From Candidatus Uhrbacteria bacterium (GTDB lineage: Bacteria > Patescibacteriota > Patescibacteriia > UBA9934), in contig JABJOE010000007.1 in assembly GCA_018664485.1 (NCBI GenBank), forward strand, positions 68,353 to 132,352: DNA of 64,000 nucleotides, given 5' to 3'. The position numbers and the translations under genes are program-made. This document shows positions 1 through 8,975 of this stretch, in pieces. Numbering within the stretch: position 1 is the first letter of the stretch; the number at the start of each line of letters is the position of its first letter. The notes beneath the pieces are model-generated. The model saw only the letters and a program-made list of their open reading frames with translations. It was not told the DNA's origin and made no database searches.

Positions 1-1350
1 ACCTGCAGGGTACTCATCCAAAAGTGAACGGTCTAAATCTCCGTACAGTACCAGGGCAAGTGACCGAGGAATTGGTGTCGCTGTCATTGAAAGCAAGTGA
101 GGGATTCCGTCAGCGTCTCCTTTTCTGTCTTTAAGCGCCTGCCGCTGCTTCACACCGAAGCGATGCTGCTCATCGACAACGATCAAACCAAGACGGTTAA
201 ACAACACATCTGCCGATAAAATAGCGTGAGTTCCAATCACAAGATCGATCTTCCCATTATGCAGAGCGTCCAGCATTTGAGATTTTGTAACCTCCTTCCC
301 TTTCACTCGACGTTTTGTCCGAGTAAATACGGCGATAGTTAAACGATCACCAAATAATTTTTCCAAAGTATTAACATGTTGTTCAGCTAAAATCTCAGTT
401 GGAGCCAGCAACGCTGACTGCCACCCATCTGCCGCAGCGTTAAGCGCCACGAGTGCCGCAACGACAGTCTTACCAGTTCCAACATCACCCTCAAGCAGGC
501 GGTTCATCGGCTCATCCTTCTCCATGTCCTGAATAATCGCCCACACAGACTTGCGCTGCGCATCCGTCAGTTCAAATGGCAAATCTTTAACTGCCTTCTT
601 TAATTTTGCATCACTGTATTTAATTGCAGGAGCAACCTGTCGTTTCAACTCGCGACGAGCCTTAGCGTGCAGTAGCTGGTGTAAGAAAAACTCATCAAAT
701 TTAAGTCGCTCCAAAGCCTCTTCCTGATCCTTCGTTGAATCTGGAAAGTGAATATCTGAAAGTGCTCGATCAAGATCAACAAGCTTGTGACGTTTTAAAA
801 TCTCTTTTGGAAGCCAGTCTTTGATCTCATCAATACTCTTCATTGCACTTTCAACCACCTGACGTCGTAGCTTCTGTGTGAGAGCACCTGCAAGTGAGTA
901 AATCGGAACGATCCTACCTGTGTGTTGTGTCACCTTACTGTCACCAACAACTTCATATGCAGGGTTTACAAGAGACAGTCCGTAACGGTCATCAATCTTT
1001 CCCGAAAGAGAAACCAAAGTTCCAGTACGAAGTGTTTTTGTGAGGAACCCTTGATGGAACCAAATAACTTTTATAGAACCTGTACCGTCCTCCACAATTG
1101 CTTCCGTCACAATCATTCTTCGGCTCTTTGCACTTTTCCTGTTAGCGATAGACCCTATACGTCCACGGATCGTTACCTTCTGCCCAGGTTTAAGCTCGGC
1201 TATAGGTGCTTTCTCGGACAAATCATCATAACGGAAAGGAAAATCAAACAAAGAATCGTATAGCGTGTTTACGCCCATGCGAGAAAAATCGCGAGCCTTT
1301 ACAGCGCCAACGCCTTTGATATATCTAATTTCTTTTCCTAAAGTAGACAT
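1..1350 (-). CDS. recG: ATP-dependent DNA helicase RecG (5' part; runs off window start)
   Basis: ATG at 1350; reverse-strand translation shows RLLEGDVGTGKT (Walker A), VDEQHRFGVKQR and SMTATPIPRSL, typical RecG motifs. Confidence 0.95.
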   Translation of the reverse strand, partial: MSTLGKEIRYIKGVGAVKARDFSRMGVNTLYDSLFDFPFRYDDLSEKAPIAELKPGQKVTIRGRIGSIANRKSAKSRRMIVTEAIVEDGTGSIKVIWFHQGFLTKTLRTGTLVSLSGKIDDRYGLSLVNPAYEVVGDSKVTQHTGRIVPIYSLAGALTQKLRRQVVESAMKSIDEIKDWLPKEILKRHKLVDLDRALSDIHFPDSTKDQEEALERLKFDEFFLHQLLHAKARRELKRQVAPAIKYSDAKLKKAVKDLPFELTDAQRKSVWAIIQDMEKDEPMNRLLEGDVGTGKTVVAALVALNAAADGWQSALLAPTEILAEQHVNTLEKLFGDRLTIAVFTRTKRRVKGKEVTKSQMLDALHNGKIDLVIGTHAILSADVLFNRLGLIVVDEQHRFGVKQRQALKDRKGDADGIPHLLSMTATPIPRSLALVLYGDLDRSLLDEYPAG

Positions 1351-1483
1351 GATCCGGAAGTTTAACTCATTATCGAAAATAAATCAACCTCTTTCTTCTT
1401 TATAAGAAAAAACCAAAGGTTCATATCCGATTTGCTAAAAACAAACCACCCCTCATAACTCAACAACGTTGAATGATAAGGGG

Positions 1484-1560
1484 TGGTGCGCCTGACAGGA
1501 TTCGAACCTATGACTTCCAGCTCCGCAAGCTGACGCTCTATCCAACTGAGCTACAGGCGC
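1484..1560 (-). tRNA. tRNA-Arg (anticodon GCG)
   Basis: GCGCCTGTAGCTCAGTTGGATAGAGCG-TCAGC-TTGCGGA-GCTGG-AAGTC-ATAGGTTCGAATCCTGT-CAGGCGCA-CCA; full cloverleaf, encoded CCA. Confidence 0.96.
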
Positions 1561-1577
1561 ATTGTGATGCTCGCTAG

Positions 1578-1679
1578 CTATTTGACGATCTATCGTATCC
1601 GGTCTCCGCTCCTCAACAACGTACATATAGGTACGTTTTATTTCGGTGCTCAACCGTCAACGCTATATCATTCAAATAT
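1578..1679. repeat. Palindromic element, CGTAC/GTACG family (subfamily B), 5' of tRNA-Arg
   Basis: Core gctcctcaacaacgtac-atatag-gtacgttttatttcggtgctc; imperfect outer arms tatttga..tcaaata; similar to 62215-62334. Confidence 0.75.
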
Positions 1680-1774
1680 CTTCACTCGCTTTTCTTGGTT
1701 CATTCAAATATATGCACTCGATGTCTGGTGAGTATAGATATTTGAATGAAATGTCGCTTATCAGATAGCGAACA

Positions 1775-2299
1775 TCAAAGTTTATACAGTCTCTTCACCA
1801 TATCTGTCAAGGCCTCTTCCTCGCGAGAAAGGTTCTCAAAAGCATACGGTAACAAGCTATCACGCACAGCATTTGGATCCACATCCTCCAGCGGAACAAC
1901 AAGCAGTGGCTGCAATAAATTATTGAAATCTACATACAGTACCTTTACTTCTGGTGGCTCATAGATGATCGAGAAATCCTTGATCATATTAAAATCATAA
2001 TACTCTTCGCCTACAACGATTCCAGAATCTGTAATATGTACATCAATTCGGTCAGGGTGTCGCAAACCGTCAATTAGCATAATTACCCCCATCATCAAAA
2101 CAATAATGGCGAAAAGATAATTAGCTGTTACTACGGAATATACCAGAAGAGCAGCTCCAATAACCCCTGCGGCTATAAACCAATAAATAGAGCGTTCATG
2201 AGGAGGATACTCCCATGTCTGCCAGGAAACCTCGATGTGTCCGGCGTCGACAATATCATCGTCGAATACCTGTTCTTGCTCTTGTGATACATTCTCCAT
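1775..2299 (-). CDS. Conserved membrane protein (2 TM helices, then soluble domain), CPR-type
   Basis: WQTWEYPPHERSIYWF followed by two hydrophobic helices; start set at MENV. Confidence 0.8.
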   Translation of the reverse strand: MENVSQEQEQVFDDDIVDAGHIEVSWQTWEYPPHERSIYWFIAAGVIGAALLVYSVVTANYLFAIIVLMMGVIMLIDGLRHPDRIDVHITDSGIVVGEEYYDFNMIKDFSIIYEPPEVKVLYVDFNNLLQPLLVVPLEDVDPNAVRDSLLPYAFENLSREEEALTDMVKRLYKL

Positions 2300-2423
2300 A
2301 TAGAGACAGTATAACACTCAGAACACGGCGTAGACTCGAACAATCCCCAATACAAGCAATTATATGTGACAGCCCTTGATCTTCTTGCCTTTCTGAGCTA
2401 TCCTGTTGACGCTTCTATACAAC

Positions 2424-2513
2424 GGTGGGGTGGCTGAGTGGTCGAAGGCGTTGGTCTTGAAAACCAAAGTATCTTCACGGGTACCGTGGGTTCGAATCCC
2501 ACCCCCACCGCCA
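2424..2513 (+). tRNA. tRNA-Ser (anticodon TGA)
   Basis: GGTGGGG acceptor, TTGGT-CTTGAAA-ACCAA anticodon arm, long variable arm, GTTCGAATC, ends GCCA. Confidence 0.97.
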
Positions 2514-2624
2514 GAAAAGATTTCGTCAATTTTGGTGTAATCTTTTCTGGCGGTTTCTGTCAAAGACAGATCCAACGAATATAGTTAGTAAAGTAGAGTA
2601 AAATCTGATTAAGAACAAAAATAC

Positions 2625-3081
<457 letters not shown>

Positions 3082-3172
3082 AACATCAATGCAACCTACG
3101 GCCCTTTACAAAACACTAAATTTCTGACACACTAGTCGCCACAAACTTACATTAACTGGAGAGTGCAATACA

Positions 3173-3496
3173 GTGAAGAAACACATCCTCATCGTTGGGT
3201 ACGAAAATATCCGCTATTGTCTTGCAGACAAGTTGCGGGAAGATGGTCACCACATCAACATTGTCTACAGTGGAATGCATGCACTCGAATATGTACTCGA
3301 GAGTGAACCAGCTGTAATTATCTGCTGCAGAAACGACCCCCCGTTCCTGAGCGCCTCTGGCTTACGAGACGAGCTCCGCGACCACGGACTCTCAACGCCG
3401 ATGATCGTCCTGAACCAAAACCAAGAGTATGCCGTACATGCGCGCGAAACCGATCAAGCAATGTGTGCCTCGATCACCATTTTGCTTGCAGCGTAG
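3173..3496 (+). CDS. Degenerate stand-alone receiver (CheY-like) domain protein
   Basis: KHILIV..LADKLREDGH..SGMHAL..PAVII pattern; acidic pocket and phospho-Asp absent; GGAG SD; TTTACA-N17-CACACT upstream. Confidence 0.65.
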   Translation: MKKHILIVGYENIRYCLADKLREDGHHINIVYSGMHALEYVLESEPAVIICCRNDPPFLSASGLRDELRDHGLSTPMIVLNQNQEYAVHARETDQAMCASITILLAA

Positions 3497-3556
3497 ACTT
3501 GAGCCCATGCCGTAACGTCGGCGTGGGTTTCCATGTTTTCAACACACCCCACTACA

Positions 3557-3585
3557 TTGACACTCTGACTTAATTCATGCATAAT
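3557..3585 (+). promoter_or_regulatory. sigma70-type promoter
   Basis: TTGACA-N17-CATAAT. Confidence 0.7.
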
Positions 3586-3613
3586 TGCGACGCCTGAAAA
3601 TCCTAGGAGGATT

Positions 3614-4033
3614 ATGACGCAAGCGCAAGTCAAAACATCTGAGGGAACTCCCTCACCTACCCAACCCCCACCACGCCATGTTCTAGTCGTTGACGATGAC
3701 GATGCCGTACGACGAATGCTCGTAGAATTTCTGTGCAGCCAGGGGTACCGTGTCACGGAAGCCCCTGATGGTGAACAAGCACTCGCAATCCTTCTGGAGC
3801 AACCTGGGCAATTCAACGTCGTCTTGTCCGACATACGAATGCCCGTTCTCTGCGGAGCTAGACTACTCACGCAAGTGCGCGAAACTCACTCCCTCACTAT
3901 CCCCTTCATCTTTCTCAGTGGAGGGTGCAGTGATGATCAACGCGATGCAATACAAGAACATCAGGCAACAATGCTTGAAAAACCTTGTAAACTCCGAGAC
4001 ATCGCGACTCACCTACAAGCGGTGGCAGCATAG
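3614..4033 (+). CDS. Stand-alone response regulator receiver protein
   Basis: VLVVDDD, VLSDIRMP (phospho-Asp), FLSG, EKP; AGGAGG SD. Confidence 0.9.
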   Translation: MTQAQVKTSEGTPSPTQPPPRHVLVVDDDDAVRRMLVEFLCSQGYRVTEAPDGEQALAILLEQPGQFNVVLSDIRMPVLCGARLLTQVRETHSLTIPFIFLSGGCSDDQRDAIQEHQATMLEKPCKLRDIATHLQAVAA

Positions 4034-4084
4034 CCACCCCGTCGAACCCACTCCAGCCCTCGTGCTGCGGGTGGCGTTTTGCAT

Positions 4085-4708
4085 TTACCCTTTAGCTAAA
4101 GTGTAATACCAAACTCTACTGGCTCCTCCTTTATAAATTACCTTAGAGGCTGCGTACATCGTAGATCCCGTAGTCCAAACATCATCTATAAGTAAAACTT
4201 TTTCCTCTTTACGCTGGTTCCTGCTCATAAACGGAGAATCTTTTAAAGACCTTTTTCTTTGAATATTAGACTGCCTTGCCTGCGCCTTTGTATATTTCGC
4301 CCTCACTAAGATAGAACGCATTTCAAGATCCAATTTCACTGCCAGCCATTGCGCTATCTCTTTTGCCTGATCAAAACCTCTGCGATTCTTTTTCACTCTA
4401 TGCAGTGGAACATAGGTCACAACATCAATTCCGGCAGCACCTACAAATGACGACAAAACCGGAATCGCTATTTCCATTTTTTCTTTTAATAAATCCCAAG
4501 CGCTCCAGTCATACGAATACTTCCAAGCACACATCAACGACCGTGCTATCGGATCGGCATACAAAAACGAAAAAACGTGTCGTTTTCCAGACAGGTGAAT
4601 CGGAACATCTAACCAGTCAGAACGGCAATCACCACAAAGCAAACTACCTTCCACCCTACAACCTACGCAAAAGCGCGGGAAAACCGCGCGTACAAAAAAA
4701 GACCTCAT
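4085..4708 (-). CDS. comF: ComF-family phosphoribosyltransferase-like protein
   Basis: N-terminal CxxC..CxxC, VPLH..RRGFDQA, LLIDDVWTTGST. Confidence 0.88.
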   Translation of the reverse strand: MRSFFVRAVFPRFCVGCRVEGSLLCGDCRSDWLDVPIHLSGKRHVFSFLYADPIARSLMCAWKYSYDWSAWDLLKEKMEIAIPVLSSFVGAAGIDVVTYVPLHRVKKNRRGFDQAKEIAQWLAVKLDLEMRSILVRAKYTKAQARQSNIQRKRSLKDSPFMSRNQRKEEKVLLIDDVWTTGSTMYAASKVIYKGGASRVWYYTLAKG

Positions 4709-4797
4709 ACTCTCTCCAAAGTAAATGAATAATATTCTAAATGAAAATGTACAATGTTAAACACTGACCCCTAAAGCCGGAGCGGTCCAAATGTAAA

Positions 4798-5037
4798 TTG
4801 AACGTTCTGATTTGAGGTAAATTTCGGTGCGCGGGTGATAAACGAGGAAACGTACTAATAGTACGTAGACGAAGTTTATCGGGCCCCAAAACAGAAAGTG
4901 TTCCAAGCTAAAGTTGAACGTTTGTATTTGTGATCAATTTCGGTGCGAGGGTGGCAGACGAGGAGACGTACAGATAGTACGGTGACGAAATCTGTCGGGT
5001 CCCACAAGCCGAAAGTGGTTCAAATACAAATGTTCAA
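4798..5037. repeat. Two tandem palindromic elements, CGTAC/GTACG family (subfamily A)
   Basis: Units start ttgaacgtt at 4798 and 4914; unit 2 has arms ttgaacgtttgtatttg/caaatacaaatgttcaa; cores acgagga.acgtac-N5-gtacg..gacgaa. Confidence 0.9.
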
Positions 5038-5044
5038 GCGCGAA

Positions 5045-5599
5045 CTACTCTGCCCAGGTAAAGCTATCCACTAACCATGTATCCCCGCTTGCAATCATAG
5101 CAACCTCAATCTCCTGATAACGAGTCGTTGTGTTTGCCGGGCTATCAATTGACTCCGCTCGCTGTGTTGTAATCAATAAAGTTATAGATGAGTCAGAACT
5201 CGCTACCGTTTCAAATGTAAGCACGGTTGTAGAGACTCCATAATAACTCTCGCTGTCCTGGCCACGTGCACTCTCTGCAATTCCCAACAGACGATCCTGC
5301 AAAGAACTCGTTGCCAAAGCAGAAACTTCATCTATATTGTCATATCCGGATTCGCTCGAAAAACTACCAAAGCGTTCTACGAATACTCGAGCGATCGTCT
5401 CAGGCTGATCGGGTAAATCAGATGTATCAACCGTTTCAACTGGAGTGTCATCATCTTCCCCATCAATCACCTCAATATCATCGTCTTCCCGGATGTTCTC
5501 AATAATTGCCGGACGCATGAAGTACAAGAACAATAATATCCCCAATACTAGCAAAATTAGTACGGCGATAATTATTTCGATTTTATGTTTTCTTTCCAT
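5045..5599 (-). CDS. Single-TM protein, VirB8/TcpC-like (NTF2-like) candidate
   Basis: N-terminal TM, acidic linker, ARVFVERFGSFS...WLVD; directly follows VirB4. Confidence 0.55.
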   Translation of the reverse strand: MERKHKIEIIIAVLILLVLGILLFLYFMRPAIIENIREDDDIEVIDGEDDDTPVETVDTSDLPDQPETIARVFVERFGSFSSESGYDNIDEVSALATSSLQDRLLGIAESARGQDSESYYGVSTTVLTFETVASSDSSITLLITTQRAESIDSPANTTTRYQEIEVAMIASGDTWLVDSFTWAE

Positions 5600-5602
5600 A
5601 TT

Positions 5603-7525
5603 CTATTTATTTTCTTGCTTGCCACCGAATGAATCTTCAAACTCTTTGCGCGCTCGCTCGATCTCAAGAAGCTGTTCTGGATTCGTGGTAATAAGCTGAT
5701 CTTCTGTGTACGAAGCGACAACTTTCACAGCAGCATGTTTTGATCCTGCAAAGAATATCCCCTCTCCAACTGATGCCTCCAGCAGAAGGTAGCGCTCACT
5801 TTGAGTAAGGTTAAACGTTTTTGCCACGACATCAATTCCTGCTGGCGACTGCTTCATCAACATCTGCAGTGATGAGTTTGTAACAATCGCTTGCCCGTAC
5901 GCACTCTGCAAAAAGTCATTCACGTCCTGCGTGATCGTCGTTACTCCCAGGTAATATTTACGAGCACGTTTCACAAGAGCGAAAATAAACTTCGCAGAAT
6001 CCTCATGTTGCATGAGCCACCAAGCCTCATCAATCGTCAGCAAACGTTTTTTACGAACAGATCGCACAACATTCCAAATGTAGTTCACAATTGTATAGAT
6101 TGCCATCGGCCGTAGCTCATCTTCCAAATCACGCACAGAGAAAATAACTAACTGGTTATTCATCTGAACCGTTGTCGGCGAGTTCAACAAACCTGAGAAT
6201 GTACCTTCCGTATACTTTCGTAATCGATCTACCAAGTCCCCTGCACCATCCATTCCCTCCAGGATCTCCTGCAGGTCTTGCATGATTGGGTACTCTACGC
6301 CCTTAAGGGACGGAAGGTCCGGTGTAATATCTTTCTTTGCATATGCCTCCAAAATCGCACGATCGAGCGTAGAATCCTCGGCAGGCGTGAACCCTCGAGC
6401 ACCCTTTGAACCCATTGGCTGACCGATCATGATACGGAGTAGTCCCTTAATAGTAATAACAGCAGACCGCAAAATGTCTTCCACAGATGTACCCTCCCCG
6501 ATCGCTCGCGGCAAATCAAATGGGTTGATCTTACTTTCAGACGCAAGTGACACGTTCACGTAAGTACCACCCACAGCATCCGACAACGTGCGGTATTCCA
6601 TCTCCGGGTCAATAACAATGACATCTGACCCCATCATGAGTGAGCGCAGAATCTCCAATTTCACTGTATAACTTTTTCCAGCACCAGACGTCGCAAACAC
6701 AACAGCGTTAGCGTTCTGTAGTGAAAATCGATCAAATAGAATCAAGGAGTTATTGTGACGGTTGATACCATACAAAATCCCAGTGTCGCTCGTAAGATCT
6801 GATGAAATGAACGGGAATGACGACGCAATTGGCGACGTACTCATATTAAACGTAATCATCAGCTCATCATTTCCGATCGGAAGTGTAGAGTTAAACCCTT
6901 GCTCTGACTGATAAAATCCACGTTTCGTGTAAATAAGTTTTGAACCGAAAATTGACTCGATCTCATTACTTCGTCTATCTAGCTCTTCTTTATCGTCAGC
7001 GTAAATAGTAATGTAAAAAGCGAAGTGGAAGAAGTGCTCGATCCCCTGCGTTAGATCGTCTCGCAATTGCTCAACGTCCCGAAGAGCAGTTTCTTGAATA
7101 GGATCACGCGGTGCCCCCTTCTCATTATCAGAAATGATCTGAGCTTCCAAAATTCCAACCTTGTCCTTCAGCTGCTTCAAAATCGCTTCCGCTGGAATTG
7201 GATAGAAGAACATTCCAATGTCGATCGTTCCGTTATAGTTGATGATCGGTGACCCCCAACCGATGTTCACGTAACGAGGATATGTAACGATGAACAATGT
7301 TCTTACGAATTTTCCACCCAAACGTAGAAAGTCCGGATTGATCTGGAACGAAACCGGAGCAATCAAATCACGCACGGCGATTGTACCGCGGCGATAGATG
7401 CGCTCTTCTTCAAGAGTCTTTTTCTGATCGGCTGACGCCAACTGCTCTTGTGTCAGTTTCTTCGGACCTTCGTCCTGAGCCTTCTTTGGCTGATTTTTTT
7501 GAAATTGTTGTATGTCAATTGCCAT
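5603..7525 (-). CDS. virB4: VirB4-family (conjugal transfer-type) ATPase
   Basis: FATSGAGKS Walker A, IVIDPEMEY, INPFD, IDEAWWLM, KRARKY, TTITQDV. Confidence 0.9.
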   Translation of the reverse strand: MAIDIQQFQKNQPKKAQDEGPKKLTQEQLASADQKKTLEEERIYRRGTIAVRDLIAPVSFQINPDFLRLGGKFVRTLFIVTYPRYVNIGWGSPIINYNGTIDIGMFFYPIPAEAILKQLKDKVGILEAQIISDNEKGAPRDPIQETALRDVEQLRDDLTQGIEHFFHFAFYITIYADDKEELDRRSNEIESIFGSKLIYTKRGFYQSEQGFNSTLPIGNDELMITFNMSTSPIASSFPFISSDLTSDTGILYGINRHNNSLILFDRFSLQNANAVVFATSGAGKSYTVKLEILRSLMMGSDVIVIDPEMEYRTLSDAVGGTYVNVSLASESKINPFDLPRAIGEGTSVEDILRSAVITIKGLLRIMIGQPMGSKGARGFTPAEDSTLDRAILEAYAKKDITPDLPSLKGVEYPIMQDLQEILEGMDGAGDLVDRLRKYTEGTFSGLLNSPTTVQMNNQLVIFSVRDLEDELRPMAIYTIVNYIWNVVRSVRKKRLLTIDEAWWLMQHEDSAKFIFALVKRARKYYLGVTTITQDVNDFLQSAYGQAIVTNSSLQMLMKQSPAGIDVVAKTFNLTQSERYLLLEASVGEGIFFAGSKHAAVKVVASYTEDQLITTNPEQLLEIERARKEFEDSFGGKQENK

Positions 7526-7551
7526 ATAAGTACATCTCTACCAAAAAGACA

Positions 7552-8256
7552 TTAAAACCCTTCTTCAACTTGAAGTTCATTTAAATTGACCAGTCTCTGC
7601 GCATCGTAAATATCTGGGTTGTAAACAACGTAATACAACTCGATTAAGCTTTGTGTATCGAGAGCCTGACTCTTTAGACCCATACTCATAAGCCCACCCT
7701 GGATAATACTAACGCGCTGCATCAAATCATGTCGTCGCGTCTTGAACTTCTTCTCATTTAGCTTCACGATCGTAGCTGGCATGATCGCATCTGAAAGCTT
7801 AGACCAGAAGTTTCGCTTTTTGTCTGTAACTGGGTCATATGGAACAACAACGTAAAAGCGCTTCTGCATGATCTCTCCTAAATCTACCAGTTCGTTTACG
7901 AAACTCTTATAGTCACGGATTTGTGCCTTTAAAAGATCGTTATCGATTTCTGCCTCTCGCTTCTTAAGAGCGTCCATATACGCCTCAACATTCATCTTAC
8001 GAGACTGAATCACTACCTGAATTGGATAATCCAAACCATTTAAGAACTGCATGTAAGCTTGTACTGTCGCTTGCTGCTCTTCTTGGGACTTCAATGCAAA
8101 GTTAATACTTGCAACCATTATCACGGCGCGGAGAGTTCCATCCTTCAAAACAACTGTCCCCTCTCTAATTTCTGCAATATCTAAATATCGCTGGGTTGGT
8201 GGCCCAGGTTTCGCTTTGGCAAGCTTCTTTGATTGCATCTCTTGACTCTTTCCCAT
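7552..8256 (-). CDS. VirB4-associated conserved protein (TraC-like N-terminal type)
   Basis: IAEIREGTVVLKDG, INFALKSQEEQ, FLNGLDYPIQVVIQSRK; lies between prgI and virB4. Confidence 0.7.
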   Translation of the reverse strand: MGKSQEMQSKKLAKAKPGPPTQRYLDIAEIREGTVVLKDGTLRAVIMVASINFALKSQEEQQATVQAYMQFLNGLDYPIQVVIQSRKMNVEAYMDALKKREAEIDNDLLKAQIRDYKSFVNELVDLGEIMQKRFYVVVPYDPVTDKKRNFWSKLSDAIMPATIVKLNEKKFKTRRHDLMQRVSIIQGGLMSMGLKSQALDTQSLIELYYVVYNPDIYDAQRLVNLNELQVEEGF

Positions 8257-8261
8257 AAATC

Positions 8262-8699
8262 TTATTCATCAGGGTGATAAACACCACCCGTATTAACTAC
8301 CAACGCAATATCTCCAAGACGTGACTTTTCAATCAGTCTTTTCTTTGGGATAACTGGCGCAGGCTGTTTTACAACTTTTTCTCGAAGTTGAGCTTTCAGC
8401 GTCCGCGTATCAACTGTCTTGTCCCAAACACGAAGCATCGGCTTACGGAAAGTCTGAATCATGTTTAGAGCAATGTAATGAACCGGTCGCCCGTTAACCT
8501 TCACGAAAGCAATGATGATTCCACCAGCAAGTACCGGAACACCCAAAGCTATAATAGCGATAATGCTGAGGAAAATTCTATAAATCAGAAATTCAGCTAA
8601 TACCGTTGCAAGTAAAATCAAAAATTGTCGCGCCGTAATAGGTCCGATAATCTTCGCCTCGGTATCTAAGAATTGTGGGACAACAAATTGCTCTGGCAT
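8262..8699 (-). CDS. prgI: PrgI-family membrane protein
   Basis: QFVVPQFLDTEAKIIGPITARQF, 2 TM, KVNGRP. Confidence 0.85.
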   Translation of the reverse strand: MPEQFVVPQFLDTEAKIIGPITARQFLILLATVLAEFLIYRIFLSIIAIIALGVPVLAGGIIIAFVKVNGRPVHYIALNMIQTFRKPMLRVWDKTVDTRTLKAQLREKVVKQPAPVIPKKRLIEKSRLGDIALVVNTGGVYHPDE

Positions 8700-8700
8700 C

Positions 8701-8859
8701 TTTAGAACTTATGCATTTGGACTATTATCGGCTTGCGGATCTTTTATTTCGCCCAACTTAATGGATAAAAGTATCCTGCGAAGCCGGACCAGGCTCTGCC
8801 TGGCGTTTTCTAGCCGACGTCCGCGCACCGAGACTACCCTCAAATGAATCAGTTCTAAA
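8701..8859. repeat. Palindromic element with nested 30-bp double hairpin
   Basis: Arms tttagaact/agttctaaa; right part is reverse-complement-similar to 4798-4852; insert tcctgcgaagccgga-ccaggctctgcctgg at 8774-8803. Confidence 0.75.
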
Positions 8860-8975
8860 CCTTACACCTATATTATAACATTAATACAAATGTCTCGTCT
8901 CGTACCAGGTTTATACATTTGTGGTCAGTTTAAGTGCGTGGGGAAAACCTAAATATTACAAAACCCAAAATCCAA

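Noticed and set aside
4914-5037. Hammerhead-like CAGACGAG-stem-CGAAA in the palindromic element
   Set aside because: The essential CUGA is CAGA, other copies read TAAACGA or CAGACAA and CGAAG, and these bases pair in a simple stem.
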